A stretch of DNA of 64,000 nucleotides from Paracoccaceae bacterium (GCA_024236495.1 JACKKJ010000004.1:201783-265782); one strand, 5' to 3'; counted from the first letter of the stretch, positions 39,006 to 50,013 are shown. The notes: a model not told the origin generated them from the letters alone. Numbers and translations are program-made.

Positions 39006-40088
39006 CTATCCCATGCGGAAATGCTTGGACAGTTTCAGGCCCTGTCCCTGGTAGTTCGACTTGATGCCGCTGCCGTAAAGCCGTTCCGGCACCGAGACCA
39101 TGCGTTCATAGATCAGCCGGCCGACGATCTGCCCGTCTTCCAGAACGAAGGGCGCTTCGTGGCAGCGCACTTCCAGAACGCCGCGCGATCCCCTGCCGCC
39201 CGCCGCGTCATAGCCGAAACCGGGGTCGAAGAAGCCCGCGTAATGCACGCGAAACTCGCCCACCATCGCAAGATAGGGCGCCATTTCCGCCGCGCAGTCG
39301 GGCGGGATCGCGATCGCCTCGCGGCTGACAAGAATGTAGAAGGCCCCGGGATCGAGGATGATGCGCCCCTCGGCGGTGCGCACCTCTTCCCAGAAGTCGG
39401 CCGGGGCGTAGTGGCCGATCCTGTCCAGGTCGATGACGCCCGCGTGCGGCTTGGCGCGGTACCCCACAAGGTCGCCGCGTTCCGGGCGCAGCCCCACCGA
39501 AAACGCCAATCCGTCCGAGATCACCGCCGGGCCCGAGACGATCGGGCTGCGGGCATGGATCGCCGCAAGTTCCGCGTCGTCGATCCGGGTCTGGCCCCGG
39601 CGGAAGATGATCTGGCTCAGCATCTGGCCGGTGCGGGCAAGGACGGAAAACGACCGTGGGCAGATCTCGACGTAAAGCGGGCCGCAATGGCCATCCGGCA
39701 CGCGGTCGAACTCGGTCCCGTTGTCGGTGATTACCCGCGTCAGCAGGTCGAGCCGCCCGATCGAGGACTTGGCCGAGGCGGCGCCCGAAGTGCCTGCCGG
39801 AAGGCGGACCGATTCGAGAAGCGGCACGACATAGACGCAGCCCTTTTCCAGGACCGCGCCACGCGTCAGGTCGATGCGGTGCATCTCGAACTCGGCGATG
39901 CGGTCTGCGACGCTGCGGCCGGCGCCCGCCAGGAACGAGGCGCGCACCCGATAGGCGACCGCCCCGAGGCGCAGGTCAAGACTGGCGGGCTGGATCTGGG
40001 CTTCGGTGACGGGCACATCCGCCGTGATCGTGCCGGAGGCGACCATCGCCCGGATCCCCGTGTCTGCCAGGACGCCGCTGACGGTCAT
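39006..40088 (-). CDS. dcd: dCTP deaminase (alphaproteobacterial long form)
   Basis: QIQPASLDLRLG, KSSIGRLD, HYAGFFDPGFG, SNYQGQGLKLSKHF. Confidence 0.9.
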   Translation of the reverse strand: MTVSGVLADTGIRAMVASGTITADVPVTEAQIQPASLDLRLGAVAYRVRASFLAGAGRSVADRIAEFEMHRIDLTRGAVLEKGCVYVVPLLESVRLPAGTSGAASAKSSIGRLDLLTRVITDNGTEFDRVPDGHCGPLYVEICPRSFSVLARTGQMLSQIIFRRGQTRIDDAELAAIHARSPIVSGPAVISDGLAFSVGLRPERGDLVGYRAKPHAGVIDLDRIGHYAPADFWEEVRTAEGRIILDPGAFYILVSREAIAIPPDCAAEMAPYLAMVGEFRVHYAGFFDPGFGYDAAGGRGSRGVLEVRCHEAPFVLEDGQIVGRLIYERMVSVPERLYGSGIKSNYQGQGLKLSKHFRMG

Positions 40089-40106
40089 GACCTTTCTCCG
40101 CGAATG

Positions 40107-40141
40107 CGAACGCCCACCCCGGTGACGGAGTGGGCGTTTCG
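40107..40141 (-). terminator. Hairpin downstream of tRNA-Pro
   Basis: AACGCCCAC...GTGGGCGTT inverted repeat. Confidence 0.55.
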
Positions 40142-40145
40142 ATGA

Positions 40146-40223
40146 TGGTCGGGCCGGTGAGATTCGAACTCACGACCTTCCGCCCCCCAGACGGACGCGC
40201 TAACCAGGCTGCGCCACGGCCCG
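40146..40223 (-). tRNA. tRNA-Pro (GGG)
   Basis: CGGGCCGTGGCGCAGCCTGGTTAGCGCG TCCGT-CTGGGGG-GCGGA ... GTTCGAATC ... CGGCCCGACCA; encoded CCA end. Confidence 0.95.
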
Positions 40224-40297
40224 ACGCGGCGGTGTATAGGACGATTGCCGGGGCAGGGGCAAGCGGCAAAACGCATCCCGCACAAGTCCTTGTCAGA

Positions 40298-41026
40298 TTA
40301 TGCCCTGTCCGGGGCCGGGCCGGTGTCGGCAAGGGCGGCGGGGGCCGCGCGGCGGCGGTCGCGCGCGACGGCAAGACGGCGGTAAAGGCTGGCCAGCGCA
40401 TCGCGGTTTCCGGCAAGCCGGTCCGGGTCCGCGGTGTGCAGCCGGGCGGCGATGGTCTGTGGCGTCGGCTCGGGCCCGGAGGCGCCGGGAAAGCTGTGGA
40501 CGCGGGCGCTGTGGGATTCGACGGGTACGTCGACTTGCATGGGGGCCTCGAAGGGGATCGCGCGATCTGGGTCTGCGTCTTCCCCGAAGGGCAGGCCGGG
40601 CTCCCGTTCCGCGGGGGCACCCTGTGATCCGGGCCGCGCGGCGACCGTCGCTGCGGCGTGCGCAGCAGGCGCTGTCTCAACGGATACTGACTGCACAGCA
40701 GGCGAGGTGGGTTCGGCCACAGGTGCCGGTGCGACGACGGCGGGGGGCACAGCCCCGGGCTCGGCCAGAGAGGCGACGTGGCGGACACCTTGTTCGCGCA
40801 GGATCTTCTGCACCCCGCGAATGGTAAGCCCGTCATCATGCAGAAGCTTGCGGATCCCCGCGATCAGCGCGACATCCTGGGGGCGGTAATAGCGACGCGA
40901 TCCGGCGCGTTTCATGGGCTTGATCTGCGCGAACTGGCTTTCCCAGAACCGCAGGACATGCGCGGGCGTATCGAGAATCTCGGCGACTTCGCTGATCGTC
41001 CGGAACGCCTCGGCCGATTTCGCCAT
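40298..41026 (-). CDS. MerR-family HTH regulator with low-complexity tail
   Basis: FRTISEVA...[25 protein letters not shown]; usual position downstream of ihfA. Confidence 0.88.
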   Translation of the reverse strand: MAKSAEAFRTISEVAEILDTPAHVLRFWESQFAQIKPMKRAGSRRYYRPQDVALIAGIRKLLHDDGLTIRGVQKILREQGVRHVASLAEPGAVPPAVVAPAPVAEPTSPAVQSVSVETAPAAHAAATVAARPGSQGAPAEREPGLPFGEDADPDRAIPFEAPMQVDVPVESHSARVHSFPGASGPEPTPQTIAARLHTADPDRLAGNRDALASLYRRLAVARDRRRAAPAALADTGPAPDRA

Positions 41027-41036
41027 GCGCGAAACC

Positions 41037-41339
41037 TCAGCCGCGGTTGCCGGCAGCAACGCGGTCCTTCATCAGGTGCGACGGCCGGAAGGTCAGAACC
41101 CGGCGGGGATGGATCGGAACCTCTTCACCGGTCTTCGGGTTGCGCCCGACCCGCGCGGCCTTGTCGCGTACCGAAAACGTGCCGAAGGACGATATCTTTA
41201 CCGTCTCGCCGGCGACCAGCGCATCGGACATGTGCTGCAGCACGCTTTCGACCAGTTGCGCCGATTCATTGCGGGAAAGGCCGACTTCACGGAACACCGA
41301 CTCGGTCAGGTCCATGCGTGTCAGAGTCGTCTCGCTCAT
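41037..41339 (-). CDS. ihfA: Integration host factor alpha
   Basis: [31 protein letters not shown]. Confidence 0.95.
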   Translation of the reverse strand: MSETTLTRMDLTESVFREVGLSRNESAQLVESVLQHMSDALVAGETVKISSFGTFSVRDKAARVGRNPKTGEEVPIHPRRVLTFRPSHLMKDRVAAGNRG

Positions 41340-41431
41340 CACGTCCCCCCATGTTGAATGGTCCGAAGGATGGGGGCTTGCCATTCCCAAGTCAATATCA
41401 ATGGCTTGAAGCGGGCAATTCAGGCGAAGAT

Positions 41432-42406
41432 TCACCACCTGAGGACGACCGAACCCCACGCAAGACCGCCGCCGATGGCCTCGGTCACGACCAGATCGCC
41501 CTCTTTCAGCTGTCCGCGGGCCTTGCCGACCGACAGCGCCAGGGGAATCGATGCCGCAGAGGTGTTGCCGTGATCCTGCACCGTGACCACCACCCGCTCC
41601 ATCGGAACCTGCATCCGCTGGGCGGTGGCGGTGATGATGCGAAGGTTGGCCTGATGCGGCACGATCCAGTCCACGTCCGCGCCGGTCAGCCCGACCTTGT
41701 CGAGTGCGGCATGGGCCGTTGCCGCCAGCTTTTCGACGGCGTGGCGGAAAACCTGGTTGCCCTGCATCCTGAGGTGCCCGGCGGTGCCGGTGGTGGACAC
41801 GCCGCCATCGACGTAAAGAAGATCGCGATAGGATCCGTCGCTGTTGAGGTCGGTCGCAAGGATGCCGCGGTCGGCCGGCGTGCCGGTGCCTTCCTGGGCC
41901 TCAAGCACCAGCGCCCCCGCGCCGTCGCCGAACAGCACGCAGGTCGAACGGTCGTCCCAGTCGAGGATGCGGCTGAAGGTCTCGGCGCCGATCACGATCA
42001 CGCGCCTGGCCTGCCCCGACAGGATCAGCGCGTTGGCATTGGCCAGCGCGAAGACGAAGCCCGCGCAGACCGCCTGCACGTCGAAGGCAAAGCCGCGGCG
42101 CATGCCGATCTTGTCCTGCACCATCGAGGCGGCGGACGGGAATGTCAGGTCGGGGGTCGAGGTCGCGACGATGATGGCGTCGATATCCTCGGCCGTCATC
42201 CCCGCGTCGGTCAGCGCGGCCTGCGCCGCCCGTGCGCCCATGTCCGATGTGGTTTCGCCCTTGGCCGCGAAATGGCGCCGCTCGATCCCGGTGCGGGTGC
42301 GGATCCATTCGTCCGACGTATCGACGCTGGTTTCGAATTCGCTGTTCGGGACGACACGCTCGGGCAGATAATGCCCCACACCCCTGACCACGGCACGGAT
42401 CGTCAT
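41432..42406 (-). CDS. fabH: Beta-ketoacyl-ACP synthase III
   Basis: [20 protein letters not shown] catalytic motifs. Confidence 0.96.
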   Translation of the reverse strand: MTIRAVVRGVGHYLPERVVPNSEFETSVDTSDEWIRTRTGIERRHFAAKGETTSDMGARAAQAALTDAGMTAEDIDAIIVATSTPDLTFPSAASMVQDKIGMRRGFAFDVQAVCAGFVFALANANALILSGQARRVIVIGAETFSRILDWDDRSTCVLFGDGAGALVLEAQEGTGTPADRGILATDLNSDGSYRDLLYVDGGVSTTGTAGHLRMQGNQVFRHAVEKLAATAHAALDKVGLTGADVDWIVPHQANLRIITATAQRMQVPMERVVVTVQDHGNTSAASIPLALSVGKARGQLKEGDLVVTEAIGGGLAWGSVVLRW

Positions 42407-43524
42407 TCGGCGTTCCCGTTGTTGTTGTCGCCCTGGCCTGCATCCTGCGCCGCCTCGGCCAGAGAGGCAACCCGCTGGGCAAGCCGTTCCTGAAAGCCCG
42501 ACCGGGCGAGTTTGTAGGCCAGCGTGATCGCCGCGGCGACGCCGGTCGAATCCGCGGAACCGTGAGATTTGACGACGGTGCCGTTCAGGCCCAGAAAGAC
42601 CCCGCCATTGACCCGGCGGGGATCGATGCGCTGCTGGAGCCGCCTGAGCGAGGCCATCGCGAACAGCGCGCCGATCCGGGACAGGAAGGTCGCCTTCAGC
42701 GCCTCGCGCAGAAACTCGCCCACCAGCTTGGCGGTGCCTTCGCCGGTCTTCAGCGCGATGTTTCCGGTGAACCCGTCGGTGACGATCACGTCGACCTTGG
42801 CCGACGGCAGGTCGCCCCCCTCGATGAAGCCCGCGTAGTCGAAGTTGCCTGCATCCGTCGCGGCGGCGATAAGATCCTGCGCCTGGCGCAGTTCGGCGCG
42901 GCCCTTGTGGTCTTCCGTGCCGACGTTCAGAAGGCCGACGCGCGGACGCGCGTAGCCAAGGCCGTTGCGGGCGTAGGACGCCCCCATCAGCGCGTATTGC
43001 AGAAGGTCCGGGGCATCCGCCTTGATGTCGGCGCCGACGTCGAGCATGACGTTGAACGGCTTCGGCCCGCGCGAGGGCCAGAGGCAGGCGATGGCCGGAC
43101 GGTTCACGCCGGGCAGCTTGCGCAGGCGGATCATCGAAACGGCCATGAGCGCGCCGGTGTTGCCGCAACTGACCGCGGCCTGGGCCTTGCCCTCGCGGAC
43201 GGATTCGATGGTCGACCACATCGAGGTGTTCGAACCGGTGCGCAGCACCTGGCTCGGCTTGTCCTCCATGCGCACGATGCCTTCGGCATGCACGACCGTC
43301 ACCCGCCCCTTCAGGGTCGGGCGGCGCGCCAGAAGCGGGGCCAGTTCGGCCTCGTTGCCGTGAAGGACGAAGTCGATGTCCGGCAAGGCGGCGGCAGACA
43401 CGGCAAGACCGGCAACGACAGTTGCCGGTCCGTGGTCTCCGCCCATCGCATCGACCGAAATGACGATACGGCCCGCAGCCTTCTGCGTCAGGGTCTCGAA
43501 CGCGGGGTCAAGCTCGGACGCCAT
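42403..43524 (-). CDS. plsX: Phosphate acyltransferase
   Basis: VDAMGGD, GNTGALM, DGFTGNIALKT.EG, VKSHG. Confidence 0.95.
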   Translation of the reverse strand: MASELDPAFETLTQKAAGRIVISVDAMGGDHGPATVVAGLAVSAAALPDIDFVLHGNEAELAPLLARRPTLKGRVTVVHAEGIVRMEDKPSQVLRTGSNTSMWSTIESVREGKAQAAVSCGNTGALMAVSMIRLRKLPGVNRPAIACLWPSRGPKPFNVMLDVGADIKADAPDLLQYALMGASYARNGLGYARPRVGLLNVGTEDHKGRAELRQAQDLIAAATDAGNFDYAGFIEGGDLPSAKVDVIVTDGFTGNIALKTGEGTAKLVGEFLREALKATFLSRIGALFAMASLRRLQQRIDPRRVNGGVFLGLNGTVVKSHGSADSTGVAAAITLAYKLARSGFQERLAQRVASLAEAAQDAGQGDNNNGNAE

Positions 43525-43547
43525 GACGCTGGCCGCATGGGCGCGGC

Positions 43548-43754
43548 TTACGCCGCGTCTTCGTCCAGATCGACCTCAGCCGACTGCGCAACGACCTCAC
43601 GGCCGTCGTAGTGACCGCAGGCGCCGCAGACGTGATGCGGGCGCTTCAGTTCACCGCAATTCGGGCATTCGTTCGGATTGGCAGCAACCAGCGCATCGTG
43701 CGCACGGCGCATGTTGCGGCGGGACCGCGTGACTCGGTTCTGAGGGACAGCCAT
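43548..43754 (-). CDS. rpmF: 50S ribosomal protein L32
   Basis: [19 protein letters not shown]; CPNC..HHVC..CG Zn motif. Confidence 0.96.
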   Translation of the reverse strand: MAVPQNRVTRSRRNMRRAHDALVAANPNECPNCGELKRPHHVCGACGHYDGREVVAQSAEVDLDEDAA

Positions 43755-43964
43755 GTCTCAACCTCGGGTTATTGGGGGACAAGCCCCGGATTTCCTTGGG
43801 TTTTCATCACTGGTTGCCGGACTGCGACCGGGTGCGAACCCATATTCAAGCGAGGCCGGGAACATACTGCGTTTACTGGCGGGCGCAAGTCTTTTCTTGG
43901 CCTTTTCCGGGCATTTCCAAAGTGCCCGGAAAGGGGCCGCGCCGGGGCCGTCCGGCGGGGCCTT

Positions 43965-44513
43965 TCAGCCCTTCGGGTCGCGCTTCTTCATCAGGTCGGC
44001 AAGACCCGCGAAGGGGCGCGTCACCTCTTCGCCCAGGGGCTCGGCCCCCGGTTCCGCAAAGCTGGCGGAGCCCATTTCGGCCCCCTCGGCGCGCGGATAA
44101 AGCGGCAGCGACAACGCCAGTGCCTCTGTCAGGACCGCGCCCAGGTCGATGGTCGCGGGCAGGGCCTCGATGCTGTCATCCTCGGGGATCTCGATCTCCT
44201 CGCCCTCCGGCTCGGGCAAGTCGGCCAGGTAGCGGCGTGTCACCGTCTCGGCGATCTCGGTCGTCACGGGGGCGAGTGTCACGATGCAGGGCTGGACCAC
44301 CCGCGCCGACAGCCGCGCCGTCAGCCGCCAGTCCTGGCGGCCAAGCGGCGTCAGGTCACCCTCGAACCGCAACTGGTCCAGTTCCGTCACGCCCAGTGCC
44401 GCCGCGATGGCGGCGCGGTCTTTCGCCCCGGGCGCGATGCGAAAGCGGGTGGGTTTGCGCCCGGCAAGCTCTGCCACGCGCATGGGATGGGTGAAACGAA
44501 GCGGTTCGGTCAT
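43965..44513 (-). CDS. YceD/DUF177 family protein
   Basis: QPCIVTL.PV, EAL.L.LPLYPR, RPFAGL; upstream of rpmF. Confidence 0.88.
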   Translation of the reverse strand: MTEPLRFTHPMRVAELAGRKPTRFRIAPGAKDRAAIAAALGVTELDQLRFEGDLTPLGRQDWRLTARLSARVVQPCIVTLAPVTTEIAETVTRRYLADLPEPEGEEIEIPEDDSIEALPATIDLGAVLTEALALSLPLYPRAEGAEMGSASFAEPGAEPLGEEVTRPFAGLADLMKKRDPKG

Positions 44514-44621
44514 GGTTCACACCTCTGACGATGAAGAGAGAATGGGATTGCCGCCTTGAAGGGTCCCCCCCGCGTGCTATAAGCCGATAGAAGGCAAGAG
44601 GCGGCGAGGCAAGAGGGCGTC

Positions 44622-45080
44622 ATGATCAGTTTGGCGAAAGCGATACGTCTGGGCGCATTGGGTATCGCGCTCGTGGCGTTGACCGCCTGCACGACTGTCT
44701 ACCGCAATCATGGCTACACGCCGAGCGACGAGGATCTTGAGAAGGTCGTTGTGGGCGAATCGACGACATCGGACGTCGCCCGCGCTGTCGGGCGCCCCTC
44801 CTCGATCGGGGTTCTGGCGCAATCGGGCTGGTATTACGTCGGCAGCCGCTTCAAGCATTTCGCCTGGAAGGCACCGGAAGAAGTGGAGCGCGAGGTCGTC
44901 GCCATCACCTTCGACGACAAGGGCGTTGTCGAGAACGTGGAACGCTTCGGACTTGAAGGCGGGGAGGTCATCGTCCTGTCCCGCCGTGTGACCGACAGCA
45001 ACATCAAGGGGCTGAGCTTCCTGCGGCAGCTTCTTGGCAACGTCGGCAACCTGAGCGCGGCGCAAATCTTCGACAACTAG
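44622..45080 (+). CDS. bamE: Outer-membrane assembly lipoprotein BamE
   Basis: Lipobox LTAC, HGY, GRPS, WYYV, ITFD..GVV. Confidence 0.88.
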   Translation: MISLAKAIRLGALGIALVALTACTTVYRNHGYTPSDEDLEKVVVGESTTSDVARAVGRPSSIGVLAQSGWYYVGSRFKHFAWKAPEEVEREVVAITFDDKGVVENVERFGLEGGEVIVLSRRVTDSNIKGLSFLRQLLGNVGNLSAAQIFDN

Positions 45081-45124
45081 GCCGCGCGCGACAGGCCGCG
45101 CGGCCCAGCCGTCTTCCGTCTTCG

Positions 45125-45517
45125 TCAGTCCTCGGACTTCGTCAGCGCGACGCCGTTGATGCAATAGCGCAGCCCGGTCGGTACGGGGCCGTCGGGAAAG
45201 ACATGGCCAAGATGGGCGTCGCAGGCGGCGCAGTGCACTTCGGTCCGGCGCATGAACCAGCTTCGGTCCTCCGTCTCTCCCACGGCGTCTGGGGTCATCG
45301 GCTGCCAGAAGCTGGGCCACCCGGTGCCGGAGTCGAACTTGGCGGCCGCGTCGAACAAGGGCGCGCCGCAGCAGACGCAGTGGAAGGTGCCGGGGCCCTT
45401 GGGAAAGTCATCATGGGTAAAGGCGCGTTCGGTCGCGTGCTTGCGCGTGACGCGATAGGCCAGGTCGGAAAGCTGGGCGCGCCATTCGTCGTCGGTCTTG
45501 CGGATCTTGTCGGTCAT
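45125..45517 (-). CDS. msrB: Peptide-methionine (R)-S-oxide reductase
   Basis: [40 protein letters not shown]. Confidence 0.96.
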   Translation of the reverse strand: MTDKIRKTDDEWRAQLSDLAYRVTRKHATERAFTHDDFPKGPGTFHCVCCGAPLFDAAAKFDSGTGWPSFWQPMTPDAVGETEDRSWFMRRTEVHCAACDAHLGHVFPDGPVPTGLRYCINGVALTKSED

Positions 45518-45613
45518 GGGGCTCCTGTTGCCGGAATGTGATCTTTGCGGGATAGTCGGCACAGGGAAATGTAGGCCCTCTGCCAGGTCTGGCCAAGCGG
45601 GGAGACGCTCACG

Positions 45614-46360
45614 ATGACGGCACTGGAACGCGGCCGGTATGCGGCGCGCCTGGCCGAGGGGCCGGGCGATCTGGCCGCCGTGCTGGCACTGCGCGCGCGG
45701 GCGTTCCGGGATGGCGCCGACGACCGCGACCCCTGGGACGCGCGCTGCCTGCACCTTCTGGTGGAGAATCGCGGCGGCGGCCCGGTCGCGGCGGCTTGCC
45801 GGCTTTTGCTGCTGCCCTCGGGCGCGGATTTCGCGCAAAGCTATTCGGCGCAATTCTACGAGGTGGACGGGATGTCGGCCCTGTCCGCGCCGGTCGCCGA
45901 GGTGGGGCGGCTTTGCACGGCGCCTGGCCTGGCCGATCCGGACCCGATCCGCCTTCTGTGGGGCGCGCTGACCGGGCTTCTGGGTGCGCGCGGTGTGGGC
46001 TGCCTGTTCGGCTGCACCTCGTTCAGGGGGGGCGATCCGGCACGGCACCGGCCCGCGCTTGACCTCTTGGCGGGCCGCCACCTTCTGCAACCGCCCTGGC
46101 AGGTGCGGGCGCGCAGGGCAGGGGGCGTCAGACTGCGATCGGACGGGGACAGACAGGGCGATGGCGCCGAAGGTGCGGCCATGGCCTGGCAGGGCATCCC
46201 GCCGCTTCTGCGTGCCTATCTGGCGATGGGCGGGCGCGTCGGGCAGGAGGCGGTGATCGACCGCGACCTCGACACCTTGCACGTCTTCACGCTGGTCGAC
46301 GTCGCGGCGATGCCGGCGGGGCGGCTTGCGGCGTTGCAGGCATTGGCGGGCCGGCAATAG
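45614..46360 (+). CDS. OlsB-family aminolipid N-acyltransferase (GlsB-like by synteny)
   Basis: [40 protein letters not shown]...AVIDRD; lies next to bamE/plsX/fabH. Confidence 0.75.
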   Translation: MTALERGRYAARLAEGPGDLAAVLALRARAFRDGADDRDPWDARCLHLLVENRGGGPVAAACRLLLLPSGADFAQSYSAQFYEVDGMSALSAPVAEVGRLCTAPGLADPDPIRLLWGALTGLLGARGVGCLFGCTSFRGGDPARHRPALDLLAGRHLLQPPWQVRARRAGGVRLRSDGDRQGDGAEGAAMAWQGIPPLLRAYLAMGGRVGQEAVIDRDLDTLHVFTLVDVAAMPAGRLAALQALAGRQ

Positions 46361-46371
46361 AAGGTGCGCCA

Positions 46372-46402
46372 TGAAAGATGCCCCGGGGGTGTCCCGGGGC
46401 AT
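46372..46402. terminator. Hairpin between convergent acyltransferase and methyltransferase genes
   Basis: ATGCCCCGGG...CCCGGGGCAT inverted repeat. Confidence 0.6.
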
Positions 46403-46431
46403 TCCAGTCAATCGGCCATCGGAAGGTCTGC

Positions 46432-47391
46432 CTAGCCGCGGGCGCGGCGGCCGCCACGGCGACCCGACGCGGCCTGGCTTTGCGCGGCCGAGGCTTCCGA
46501 GAAGCTCATGCCACCCGAGACCGCTTCCAGAACCTTGGCGAAACGGATCCATTCGCCGCCGTTCGAGTCGTGGTTCATCAGGAAGTTGGCGGCGCGGATC
46601 GCTTCCATCTCGACCTGGCGGACCGGGTTCATGATCGCCGAGGTCATGCCCGCGCCGATCGCCATCGGCAGGAAGGCCGCGTTGATCCCGTGGCGGTTCG
46701 GCAGCCCGAAGGAGATGTTGGAGGCGCCGCAGGTCGTGTTGCAGCCCAGCTCCTCGCGCAGGCGCTGGACCAGCGTGAAGACCTGGCGCCCGGCGGTGGC
46801 CATCGCGCCCACCGGCATGACCAGCGGATCGACGACGATGTCATGGGCCGGGATGCCGAAGTCGGCGGCGCGCTGGACGATCTTCTTGGCGACCTCGAAA
46901 CGGACGTCGGGGTCTTCCGAGATCCCGGTGTCGTCGTTGGAGATGGCGACGACCGGCACGTTGTATTTCTTGACGAGCGGCAGAACCAGTTCCAGCCGCT
47001 CTTCCTCGCCGGTGACGGAGTTCAGAAGCGGGCGGCCCTCGGCGGCGGCAAGGCCGGCCTCCAGCGCGCCGGGAACCGAGCTGTCGATGCACAGCGGCAC
47101 ATCGACCAGCCCCTGGACGATGTTGATCATCTTCGTCATCAGCGGCGGTTCGGTTTCGTTCGGGTTGGGGTTGGAGTTGTAGACAACGCCCGCGTTCACA
47201 TCGAGAACCATCGCCCCGCAGGCGACCTGTTCCAGCGCATCCTTCTCGACGGTCGAGAAATCGCCGGCCTCAAGCTCGGCGGCCAGCTTCTTGCGGCCGG
47301 TCGGGTTGATCCGTTCACCGATGACGCAGAACGGTTCGTCAAAGCCGATGACGACGGTCTTCGTTTTGGATTCAAGGACGGTACGGGTCAT
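46432..47391 (-). CDS. Methyltetrahydrofolate:corrinoid methyltransferase (stand-alone pterin-binding MetH domain)
   Basis: [36 protein letters not shown]. Confidence 0.88.
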   Translation of the reverse strand: MTRTVLESKTKTVVIGFDEPFCVIGERINPTGRKKLAAELEAGDFSTVEKDALEQVACGAMVLDVNAGVVYNSNPNPNETEPPLMTKMINIVQGLVDVPLCIDSSVPGALEAGLAAAEGRPLLNSVTGEEERLELVLPLVKKYNVPVVAISNDDTGISEDPDVRFEVAKKIVQRAADFGIPAHDIVVDPLVMPVGAMATAGRQVFTLVQRLREELGCNTTCGASNISFGLPNRHGINAAFLPMAIGAGMTSAIMNPVRQVEMEAIRAANFLMNHDSNGGEWIRFAKVLEAVSGGMSFSEASAAQSQAASGRRGGRRARG

Positions 47392-47407
47392 TGCTTCACC
47401 TTGTCTC

Positions 47408-48328
47408 TTAGCTTTGCGCGGCCGGGACGGCGGACTTGCCGCCATGCTCGATGGCCCAGGTTGCGTTGGTCTTGATCCCGCCAAGCGGGAAGAAGTGGAC
47501 GGATTCGATGCCGAAATCGGGGTTGGCGGCCTTGTGAGCGGCAAGTTCGGCCACGAACTCGTTGGGCTCATAGGGCAAGAGCAGCTTGGTCACGTCCATG
47601 GCGCGCTTCTGCAGCACCTTGAGCGAGGGGCCGACACCGCAGGCGATGGCGAATTTGATCATGGTCTGAAGCTTCGCCGGACCCGCGACACCGATGTGGA
47701 CCGGAATGTCGATGCCCTCGGCCTGCAGGCGGTTGACCCAGGCGATAACCGGCTTTGCCTCGAAACAGAACTGGGTGGCCATGGCCATCTTCGCGTCGGT
47801 ACGTTCCTTGAACGCCTGTTTCCACTTCAGCGCGGCAATCACGTTCTTGTCCGACCCGTCGGGGTCGATGTCCTTGTTGCCTTCCGGGTGGCCCGCGACG
47901 TGAAGCCGGTCGAACCCGTCGAAAAGGCCGGTCTCGATCAACTGCATCGAATTGTCGAAGTCACCATGCGGGGTCGAGATGCCGCCACCGAGGAGAAGCG
48001 CCTGCTTCACGTCGGCCTCGCCCTTGTAGCGGGCGATCCAGTCCGCAAGCGTCGCCTTGTCCTTGATGATGCGCGCGGGGAAATGCGGCATCACCGGGAA
48101 GCCCTCGGCATGCAGCCGCTTGGCGGTCGCCACCATGTCCTCGATCGGGGTGCCCTCGATATGGGCGATGTAGACGCGCGTGCCGGCGGGCAGGATTTCA
48201 CGGAAATCCTCCACTTTCTCGGCGGTGCGCGGCATGACCTCGATCGAATAGCCCTTGAGGAAAGCCTCGACAGTCTCGGGCGAGCCCGCGGCGGGCGCAT
48301 CCTTGCGGCGGAAATTCAAAAGTGCCAT
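47408..48328 (-). CDS. metF: Methylenetetrahydrofolate reductase-family flavoprotein
   Basis: SIEVMP, PHFPAR, VAGHPEG, TQFCF, HFFPLGG. Confidence 0.8.
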   Translation of the reverse strand: MALLNFRRKDAPAAGSPETVEAFLKGYSIEVMPRTAEKVEDFREILPAGTRVYIAHIEGTPIEDMVATAKRLHAEGFPVMPHFPARIIKDKATLADWIARYKGEADVKQALLLGGGISTPHGDFDNSMQLIETGLFDGFDRLHVAGHPEGNKDIDPDGSDKNVIAALKWKQAFKERTDAKMAMATQFCFEAKPVIAWVNRLQAEGIDIPVHIGVAGPAKLQTMIKFAIACGVGPSLKVLQKRAMDVTKLLLPYEPNEFVAELAAHKAANPDFGIESVHFFPLGGIKTNATWAIEHGGKSAVPAAQS

Positions 48329-48359
48329 GGCGGCTCTCCAAAGGTTCTGGCGGGGTTCT

Positions 48360-48656
48360 TCAGGCCCAGCCGTCATTCGCGATCAGCGCCTTGATGCGCT
48401 CGTTGTCGTATTCGGTTTCGATTCGGGTCAGCTCCGAGGCGGCGACCGCCTCGTCCTCGCCCTCGACGGTCACCGGCGCGGCCTTGCGCCACTCGGCCAG
48501 ATAGGCGTCCGTATCACGCGCGCCAATCTTCATCGCGCAGCGATCGATTGCCTGCTCGAACCGTTCGGGCAAGGCCTTTTTCACGCCGCGCCGTCCCTTG
48601 CCCACGATGATCTGGGCCGGGATGTCGCGCCAGTAGACGATGGTAACCTCAGCCAT
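48360..48656 (-). CDS. 'Virulence factor' domain small protein
   Basis: YWRDIPAQ...LPERFEQAIDRCAM...DTDAYLAEWR. Confidence 0.8.
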   Translation of the reverse strand: MAEVTIVYWRDIPAQIIVGKGRRGVKKALPERFEQAIDRCAMKIGARDTDAYLAEWRKAAPVTVEGEDEAVAASELTRIETEYDNERIKALIANDGWA

Positions 48657-48900
48657 GACGAATCCTTGTTCTGTGGGCCCTCAATACGCTCCATTCAGCG
48701 ACAGCCGATGACGTTTTTCGACATGGCGCGCGACCGGAGCGACCTGCCCCCGGTGTTAGCGCGCGACAGGCCCGGTTGGCGAGTGGCGCGGGGATGAAAG
48801 TTTTTCACGATGATCTTGCGGCAGCCGGCGGGTCGGTGCGCTTGATTGATCCGAAGGGCGGGTCTAAGTTGGAGGCAACACAAGTTCGGAGGGCGCAAAG

Positions 48901-50013
48901 ATGGCGCCCAGGCGTCCTGGCGGTCAGGGCGCGTTCCCGATCCCGGTCGAGCCGCCACTGGCCGCAAAACCCGACCCGGCGCAGCTTTATGCGGCGCTGG
49001 ACCTCGGGACAAACAGTTGTCGAATGCTGGTTGCCAGGCCACAGGGCAGCCAGTTTCAGGTTGTCGACAGCTTTTCCAAGTCGGTGCAGCTGGGCGTGGG
49101 GCTAGAGGCCTCTGGCCGGCTTGGCCGCGCCTCGATGGCGCGCACGGTCCAGGCCATGCAGATATGCAGGCGCAAGCTTGAACAGCTTTCGGTCAAGCGG
49201 ATGCGGCTGGTGGCGACCGAAGCGTGCCGCCGGGCCAGGAACGCCGGCGAATTCCTGCAACTGATCCGGCGCGAGACAGGCTTGTCGCTGGAGATCATCG
49301 AGCCGGAGGAAGAGGCGCGGCTTGCGGTCGTGTCCTGCGCGCCTTTGGTGTCGACACGGACCGAACAGCTTCTGGTCGTCGATATCGGCGGCGGATCGAC
49401 CGAACTCGTCTGGATCGACCTGTCCGCGGTGCCGCGCGCCGACCGGCCGCGCGCGATCATGCGCCTTCATGCCGGGTTCCATCCGCCCGAAAGCCCGTTT
49501 CCGGCGGCCAAGGTCGTCGACTGGATTTCGGTTCCCCTCGGGGTGGCGACGCTGAACGACCAGTTTCATGACGTGGAGGACGACGCAGCGCGCTTTGCGC
49601 TGATGAGTTGGTTCTTCGAGGAGAAGCTGGCCGATTTCTCGCCCTACAATGCCAGCCAGCCGCGCGAGGGGTTCCAGATCATCGGCACCTCGGGGACGGT
49701 CACGACGGTCGCGGCCAGCCATCTGGGGCTGAAGCGCTACGACCGGACCAAGGTGGACGGCCTGCGGATGAGTTCCGACCAGATCGACCGGGTAATCCGC
49801 GAATACCTGGCGCTTGGTCCGACCGGGCGGCGCAACGACCCCAGGATCGGGCGCGACCGACATACGCTGATCATGTCCGGCGCGGCGATCCTTCAGGCGC
49901 TGATGCGGATCTGGCCGACCGACCGGCTTTCGGTCGCGGACCGTGGCCTGCGCGAAGGTCTGCTTTATGCGCAGATGTCGGCGGATGGCGTGCTTGAGGA
50001 AGGGCCCTGCTGA
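48901..50013 (+). CDS. ppx: Ppx/GppA exopolyphosphatase
   Basis: DLGTNSCRM, ATEACR, EEEARL, DIGGGSTE, GLREG. Confidence 0.92.
   Translation: MAPRRPGGQGAFPIPVEPPLAAKPDPAQLYAALDLGTNSCRMLVARPQGSQFQVVDSFSKSVQLGVGLEASGRLGRASMARTVQAMQICRRKLEQLSVKRMRLVATEACRRARNAGEFLQLIRRETGLSLEIIEPEEEARLAVVSCAPLVSTRTEQLLVVDIGGGSTELVWIDLSAVPRADRPRAIMRLHAGFHPPESPFPAAKVVDWISVPLGVATLNDQFHDVEDDAARFALMSWFFEEKLADFSPYNASQPREGFQIIGTSGTVTTVAASHLGLKRYDRTKVDGLRMSSDQIDRVIREYLALGPTGRRNDPRIGRDRHTLIMSGAAILQALMRIWPTDRLSVADRGLREGLLYAQMSADGVLEEGPC

Noticed and set aside
40088-40300. tRNA-Pro as an integration site
   Set aside because: No integrase or duplicated tRNA 3' end; flanked by core genes dcd and the MerR-family gene.
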